Under the pieces are notes generated by a model. It was not told the origin of the DNA. It searched no databases and was given only the letters and a program-made list of their open reading frames with translations. Shown here one piece after another: positions 58,811-64,000 of a stretch of 64,000 nucleotides of DNA. Origin of the DNA: an uncultured Acidobacteriota bacterium (GTDB lineage Bacteria; Acidobacteriota; Thermoanaerobaculia; Multivoradales; JAHEKO01); NCBI GenBank assembly GCA_963713825.1, contig CAVQNG010000004.1, forward strand, positions 160,001 to 224,000, in the 5' to 3' direction. Both the position numbers and the translations under genes were made by a program. Position 1 is the first letter of the stretch. Each line of letters begins with the position of its first letter.

Positions 58811-59938
58811 TCAGCCGAACAGGTCTCGAACCCGCCCGATCACGCCCCGCTCGCCCTTGACCTCGTCTCCGTCGATCTCGGCGAGCCGACGCAGCAACTC
58901 CACCTGCTCCTCGGAGAGCTCCCTGGGCTTCGGTACGACAACTCGGGCGCGGACGAAGTGATCACCGCGACCCCGCCCATCGAGACGATCGATACCCTGA
59001 CCGGCCAGCTTGAACTCCTTGCCGTCCGGTGTTCCGGATGGGACCTCCAGCGGCACCGCGCCGTGCAGGGTCTCGACGTCCACCGCGGTACCGAGAACCG
59101 CTTGCGGGAAACTCAGATCGAGCCGGCTCATGGTATGGGCGCCCTCGCGCTCGAACTGCGGGTGGGCCTCGACGAAGATATCGACGTAGAGATCGCCTGC
59201 CGGCCCTCCCCGACGACCGTGCTCGCCCTCACCTGTGAGGCGCAGGCGTGTGCCCGTGTCCACTCCTGCCGGGATCTTGACCTCGATCGTGCGCGCCTCC
59301 TCGACCCTGCCCTCTCCGGCACAGGCTGGGCACGGATTGGTGATGATCCGTCCGTCTCCCCTGCACTGCGGGCAGGTACGAGCCACCGTGAAGAACCCCT
59401 GACTGATTCGGACCTGCCCATAGCCGCCACAGGTCGAGCAGGTTTGCGGCGACGAATCGGGACCGCTGCCGGACCCCTCACACTGCTCACAGCTCTCCAG
59501 GCGCGGGATCTTCAGCTCCTGCTCGGTTCCAAAGGCGGCCTCTTCGAGGGCAAGGCTCAGTTGATAGCGCAGATCTGCGCCCGGTTCGCCCCGGCCGCGG
59601 CGCCCTCCTTGGCCGGCGAACAAATCACCGAAATTGACGCCGAAGAAATCACCCAGGATGTCGGCGAAATCACCGAAGGTCGAAGTGTCGAAACCACCGA
59701 ATCCCTGTCCGGAGACCCCTTGGTGGCCGAATCGATCGTAACGCGCCCTCTGGTTCGAATCCGACAGGACCGAATAGGCTTCGGCGGCCTCCTTGAACTT
59801 CTCCTCGGCCTCCTTGTCACCCGGGTTCCGGTCCGGGTGAAAGCGCACCGCGAGCTTTCGGTAGGCGGACTTGATCTCGGCCTCCGAGGCTTCCCGGCCG
59901 ATCGCCAGGACCTCGTAGTAATCGCGTTTTGTCGCCAT
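58811..59938 (-). CDS. dnaJ: Chaperone DnaJ
   Basis: KRDYYEVL, HPD, G/F-rich region, four CxxCxGxG repeats. Confidence 0.97.
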   Translation of the reverse strand: MATKRDYYEVLAIGREASEAEIKSAYRKLAVRFHPDRNPGDKEAEEKFKEAAEAYSVLSDSNQRARYDRFGHQGVSGQGFGGFDTSTFGDFADILGDFFGVNFGDLFAGQGGRRGRGEPGADLRYQLSLALEEAAFGTEQELKIPRLESCEQCEGSGSGPDSSPQTCSTCGGYGQVRISQGFFTVARTCPQCRGDGRIITNPCPACAGEGRVEEARTIEVKIPAGVDTGTRLRLTGEGEHGRRGGPAGDLYVDIFVEAHPQFEREGAHTMSRLDLSFPQAVLGTAVDVETLHGAVPLEVPSGTPDGKEFKLAGQGIDRLDGRGRGDHFVRARVVVPKPRELSEEQVELLRRLAEIDGDEVKGERGVIGRVRDLFG

Positions 59939-59951
59939 TTCCTGGTGCGTT

Positions 59952-61787
59952 CTAGGTCGGCTCGGAGGCGTCCGGCTCCTCGACCTCTTGCAGCATGAGC
60001 TCCGAGAGCTGACGCGAGACACTGTTGAGATCGAACATCGCCGCCTCGAGGTCGGCCCGGTCGCCGCTCGTCAGGGCCATCCTCGACTTGAGCAGAATCT
60101 CGCGAATCTGCTGCCGCTCGTTGCCGTCCACCATATCCTTGAACTGATCGATGACCTTCTCGTTGGTGTAGATCAGACCTTCGAGCCGGTTCTTCAGTCG
60201 ACGAATCTCACGTCGCTCGCTGTCCTCGCGGGAGTACTCTTCGGCTTCACCGATCAGGCGGTCGATCTCCTCCTTCGTCAAACCGCCGGCCGGATTGATC
60301 TGCACGCTCTGGGACCGGTTGGTAGCCACATCCCGGGCCGAAACACTGACGATGCCGTTGGAATCGATCGAAAACGTGACCTCGATTTGTGGCACCCCGC
60401 GGGGCGCCGGTGGAATACCGACCAGGTCGAACTTGCCGAGGGACTTGTTCTCGGCAGCGATCTCCCGCTCGCCCTGCAGAACGTGGATCTCGACCGTGTC
60501 CTGGTTGTCCACCACCGTGGTGAAGACCTGCGTTGCTTTCGTCGGAATCGTCGAGTTGCGCTCGATCAATTTGGTGAAAAGACCGCCCCGGGTCTCGACA
60601 CCGATCGACAGCGGCGTGACGTCCAAGAGGACGATATCCTTGATATCGCCTCGCAGAATGCCGCCCTGAATCGCGGCGCCGATAGCGACGACCTCGTCCG
60701 GGTTGATCTCCCGATTCGGGGGACGCCCGAAGACCCTCTCCACTGCCTGCATCACCTTCGGAGTTCGGGTCTGACCTCCGACCAGGAGCACCTCGTCGAT
60801 CTGATCGGGACGGATGGCCGCGGCTTCGATCGCCTCGAGAAAGGGTCCCTCGGTGCGCTTGACCAGATCGTCGACCATCTCCTCGAAGGTCGACCGCTTC
60901 AGGGTTCTCACAAGGTGCTTGGGGCCGCTCTCATCGGCCGAGATGAACGGCAGATTGATCGGCACCTCCTCGGAGGCGGAGAGCTCGCACTTGGCCCGTT
61001 CAGCGGCCTCTTTGAGTCGCTGCAGAGCCATTCGGTCAGCCCTCAGATCGATGCCGGTCTCCGCCTGGAACTCGGAGATGAGCCAATCCATGACTCGCTG
61101 ATCAAAGTCCTCGCCGCCGAGGTAGGTATCACCCGAAGTGGCCTTGACCTCGAAGACACCGTGCGACAGCTCGAGAATGGAGATGTCGAAAGTGCCACCA
61201 CCCAAGTCGTAGACGGCAATGGTCTTGCCGCCTGGATCCCTGTCCACCCCGTAGGCCAGGGCGGCTGCCGTCGGCTCGTTGATGATCCGCAAGACCTCGA
61301 GACCAGCAATTCGGCCGGCGTCACGGGTGGCCTGACGTTGGGAGTCGTTGAAGTAGGCCGGCACCGTGATGATCGCTTCAGTGATCTCCTCGCCGAGCGC
61401 TTCCTCAGCGAACGCCTTGATCTCTCTGAGAATGAAGGCCGAGATCTCCTCGGGACTGTGCTGTTTTTCCCGCGCCTCGATCGCGACATCGCCGTTGGCA
61501 GCCTCGACCAGGGGGAACGGCAGCACGTCTCTGGCTCTTTCGATCTCCGGATCGCTGAATTTGCGCCCGATCAGTCGCTTGACGGAAAAGACGGTATTGC
61601 GCGGATTGATGATGGCCTGACGCTTGGCGATCTGACCGACGAGCCGCTCACCTTCTTCCGTGAAAGCGACGATCGAGGCGGTCGTCCGACTGCCCTCGCG
61701 ATTGCTGATGACGCGAGGTGAGGCCACATCGACCACCGCCACACAGCTGTTCGTCGTTCCGAGATCGATTCCGAGGATCTTGCTCAC
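59952..61787 (-). CDS. dnaK: Chaperone DnaK (Hsp70)
   Basis: GIDLGTTNS, TVPAYFND, INEPTAAA, DLGGGTFD, LLDVTPLS. Confidence 0.97.
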   Translation of the reverse strand: MSKILGIDLGTTNSCVAVVDVASPRVISNREGSRTTASIVAFTEEGERLVGQIAKRQAIINPRNTVFSVKRLIGRKFSDPEIERARDVLPFPLVEAANGDVAIEAREKQHSPEEISAFILREIKAFAEEALGEEITEAIITVPAYFNDSQRQATRDAGRIAGLEVLRIINEPTAAALAYGVDRDPGGKTIAVYDLGGGTFDISILELSHGVFEVKATSGDTYLGGEDFDQRVMDWLISEFQAETGIDLRADRMALQRLKEAAERAKCELSASEEVPINLPFISADESGPKHLVRTLKRSTFEEMVDDLVKRTEGPFLEAIEAAAIRPDQIDEVLLVGGQTRTPKVMQAVERVFGRPPNREINPDEVVAIGAAIQGGILRGDIKDIVLLDVTPLSIGVETRGGLFTKLIERNSTIPTKATQVFTTVVDNQDTVEIHVLQGEREIAAENKSLGKFDLVGIPPAPRGVPQIEVTFSIDSNGIVSVSARDVATNRSQSVQINPAGGLTKEEIDRLIGEAEEYSREDSERREIRRLKNRLEGLIYTNEKVIDQFKDMVDGNERQQIREILLKSRMALTSGDRADLEAAMFDLNSVSRQLSELMLQEVEEPDASEPT

Positions 61788-61826
61788 GTCATACCTTCCC
61801 TGCGGTTGTCAGCATAGGGCAGGAAA

Positions 61827-62507
61827 TCAATTCGAGCCCGAATCGTCGTCTGAGCCAGGCATCGCCACCTTGACGACCGAAGGTCGTAAGAGCCGGCCGT
61901 GCAAGGTATAGCCAGACTGCAGCTCGTGACTGACGGTCGGCTCCTTGACGTTCGGGTCTTCGTGGCGCGATACCGCTTCATGGAACTGGGGATCGAAGAG
62001 CTCCCCCATCGCCGCCACGCGCTCCACTCCCGAGCTCGCCAGCAGGTCCTTGATCTGCCGCAAGATGAGATTGACCCCGACCTTGAGGTCCTCTTCCGGC
62101 CCTTCGGCCGACAGGGCCCGTTCGAGGTTGTCGATCACGGGAAGCAGCTGGGTAAACACCTCGGAGGTCGCGAAGCGACGATCGTCATCCCGTTCCTTCT
62201 CGGCCCGCTTGCGGAAGTTGTCGAAGTCGGCCAGGGTTCTCGCCGACCGGTCGCGGAGATCTGCCACCTCGGCGCGGAGCTGGTTGACCTCCGGGCCAAC
62301 TTCGGAGCTCTCGGAGGCAGACGGAATGACCACGCTCTCGCCGGGGATCTCTGCGATCCCCTTCTCTGTCTCCTCAGCGGTCGAGCTCTCGACGGCCCTC
62401 AGGGCCTCCCGCATCGCAGCTTCGATATCACCGAGCTCTTCCGGTTCGATTTCGAACTCCCCGGATTCAATCTCATCGATGTCGCGTGAACTATCTCCGT
62501 CATTCAT
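61827..62507 (-). CDS. grpE: Nucleotide exchange factor GrpE
   Basis: ADFDNFRKR, LLPVIDNLERAL, FDPQFHEAV, GRLLRPSVVKV. Confidence 0.95.
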   Translation of the reverse strand: MNDGDSSRDIDEIESGEFEIEPEELGDIEAAMREALRAVESSTAEETEKGIAEIPGESVVIPSASESSEVGPEVNQLRAEVADLRDRSARTLADFDNFRKRAEKERDDDRRFATSEVFTQLLPVIDNLERALSAEGPEEDLKVGVNLILRQIKDLLASSGVERVAAMGELFDPQFHEAVSRHEDPNVKEPTVSHELQSGYTLHGRLLRPSVVKVAMPGSDDDSGSN

Positions 62508-62516
62508 ACCGATGAC

Positions 62517-63614
62517 TCACTCCTCTGTTTCGTCGTCCGCCGACGCATGCAAAGTTTGTCCCAGGGTCAATCCCAGAAAGCTCACCAACGGAACGACTTT
62601 CTGATAGTCCATGCGAGAAGGACCGAAAACTCCCAGGCTGCCGAGCGCGTGCTCTTTGGAGCCGTAGGTGGTTGCCACAAGACTGAAATCCAGATCCGAG
62701 GTCAGGTCGCTATCTTCACCGATGATGACCCGGACACCTTCGCCGCCAATCAACTGATTCAGCATGCGGACCAGATCGGCCTTGTCCGTAAAGGTCTCGA
62801 TCAATCGCCGGACTCGTGGCAGATCGGACAACTCGGGCTGTCCCAGGACAACCTCGGTCCCTTCGACCAGAAGGCCAGGAGTCTCGTCAGCACCCAGAGC
62901 CTGTTGAGCCAGGTCCATCGCGTCTGCCAGCATCTCGTCCAGCTGTGCCCTTTCCTGGGCCATCAAGCCGAGCAATTTATCTCGGATCTGTCGCAACGTC
63001 AGACCGCTGAAACTCTCTGTCAGGTAGTTGGAGATCCGCACGAGCTCTTCTCTGGACATCTCGTGGAGGGTCTCGATAACCCTGTTCTCCGCCAGGCCGC
63101 CGACCGACACCATGACGCAGAGGGTCCGACAACCCGACAGCTTGACGAAGCTGATCGCCTTCAGAACCGTCTCACCGACCGGCGGTGTCACGACGATGCC
63201 GATCTGGTTGGACAGCTGGGTCAGCAGGTGGGTCACGACCTCCATCAGCTTCTCGACGTCCGAGAGAACGGACTGCAGCTCGCCCTCGATCAGGCGCCGG
63301 TTCGGCTCGGAGATCGCCTTGCTGGGCATCAGGGCGTCGATGTAGAAGTGATATCCAGAGGCGGTGGGCACCCTGCCCGCGGACTTGTAGGGCTGTGCGA
63401 GCAAGCCCTGGTCCTCGAGGTCGGCCATGACGTTGCGGATGCTCGCCGAGGACAGTCCGTGGTGTTCGAGCTTGGCTACTGTCCGCGAGCTGACAGGCTC
63501 GCCACTCGAGATGAATGTATGGATGACATCCCGCAGAATCTCGCTGTCGCGATCGGCGGGAGAGGCTCGTCGGTTGTGGGCTACCATTTCTTGCCTGTCT
63601 GATTCGCTAGCCAA
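62517..63614 (-). CDS. hrcA: Heat-inducible transcription repressor HrcA (start 63614 TTG or 63587 ATG)
   Basis: GEPVSS, SSASIRNVMADLE, SAGRVPT, GVFGPSRMDY. Confidence 0.94.
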   Translation of the reverse strand: MASESDRQEMVAHNRRASPADRDSEILRDVIHTFISSGEPVSSRTVAKLEHHGLSSASIRNVMADLEDQGLLAQPYKSAGRVPTASGYHFYIDALMPSKAISEPNRRLIEGELQSVLSDVEKLMEVVTHLLTQLSNQIGIVVTPPVGETVLKAISFVKLSGCRTLCVMVSVGGLAENRVIETLHEMSREELVRISNYLTESFSGLTLRQIRDKLLGLMAQERAQLDEMLADAMDLAQQALGADETPGLLVEGTEVVLGQPELSDLPRVRRLIETFTDKADLVRMLNQLIGGEGVRVIIGEDSDLTSDLDFSLVATTYGSKEHALGSLGVFGPSRMDYQKVVPLVSFLGLTLGQTLHASADDETEE

Positions 63615-63641
63615 TATCGCTCATCGGCGCTGCGTGCGGGA

Positions 63642-63670
63642 AAACTAGCCATGTCCCGAGCCTCTGTCAA
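63642..63670 (-). promoter_or_regulatory. Sigma70 promoter of the hrcA-grpE-dnaK-dnaJ operon
   Basis: TTGACA-17 nt-TAGTTT on the minus strand. Confidence 0.65.
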
Positions 63671-63802
63671 GGCAGCTGGCAGCATCGCGGGCGGTTGCTT
63701 CACGGGCAGCGGACCCAGCCAAGCCGGAACACCTGCGAGAATCTGCAATTCTCCCACGGGGGCCTTGCCTGGGCTTCTACCCGCGGCTATTGTAGCGCAG
63801 CG

Positions 63803-64000
63803 ATGTCAACATCGAAGTCACTGGTTCCACTACGGTTCTCCCTGGTCGGACCGGGCCGTGTGGGATGCAGCCTGGCCCATTGGCTGACCGTCCGGGGAGC
63901 CGAGATCGTGGCTGTTGCCGGCCGCGATCCCGAGCGCACAGGCAGCCTGGCTCGCCAGCTCGGGGCCACTCCCACCACAGTGGATCAGCTCCAAACAGAG
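63803..64000 (+). CDS. Rossmann-fold oxidoreductase (DUF2520/PanG-like), 3'-truncated by the window edge
   Basis: MSTSKSLVPLRFSLVGPGRVGCSLAHWL...; GxGxxG motif; frame open to the window end. Confidence 0.65.
   Translation, partial: MSTSKSLVPLRFSLVGPGRVGCSLAHWLTVRGAEIVAVAGRDPERTGSLARQLGATPTTVDQLQTE

Overview
GC-rich bacterial chromosomal window, most likely Acidobacteriota (Thermoanaerobaculia-like; inferred from gene content). It is mostly housekeeping genes: a TCA cluster (sdhCAB, sucCD, ndk, icd, a fused LeuD-LeuC-type aconitase-family gene), mqnD, cdd, fused FTCD, DsbD/thioredoxin, rarA, the ffh-rpsP-khpA-rimM-trmD-rplS-rnhB operon, pyk, an MMPL transporter, pgsA, alaS, recX, pilT and hrcA-grpE-dnaK-dnaJ-prmA-rsmE. 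Ser/Thr signalling genes (a TPR kinase and two PP2C phosphatases) are mixed in. No rRNA, complete tRNA, CRISPR array or transposase was found. Two accessory regions stand out. (1) 24.8-29.7 kb: a minus-strand cassette of an unannotated 25-aa ORF (MSFMKFIMVLFGFGSNAGAQIDPHG) followed by two intact ECF sigma factors. Each sigma is followed by a ~460-aa zinc-finger anti-sigma/TPR-like gene broken by dense single-base indels. This is the best candidate for an undescribed peptide-responsive sigma/anti-sigma system, but the indels may be a sequencing artefact. (2) 54.0-55.3 kb, between recX and alaS: REP-like palindromic repeats, G-tract repeats and orphan membrane ORFs. Also noted: a probably inactive S51 peptidase inside sucD-ndk, probable CTG start codons (recX, pgsA) and several leaderless-type promoters. 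All calls come from reading motifs by eye; no database searches were run.
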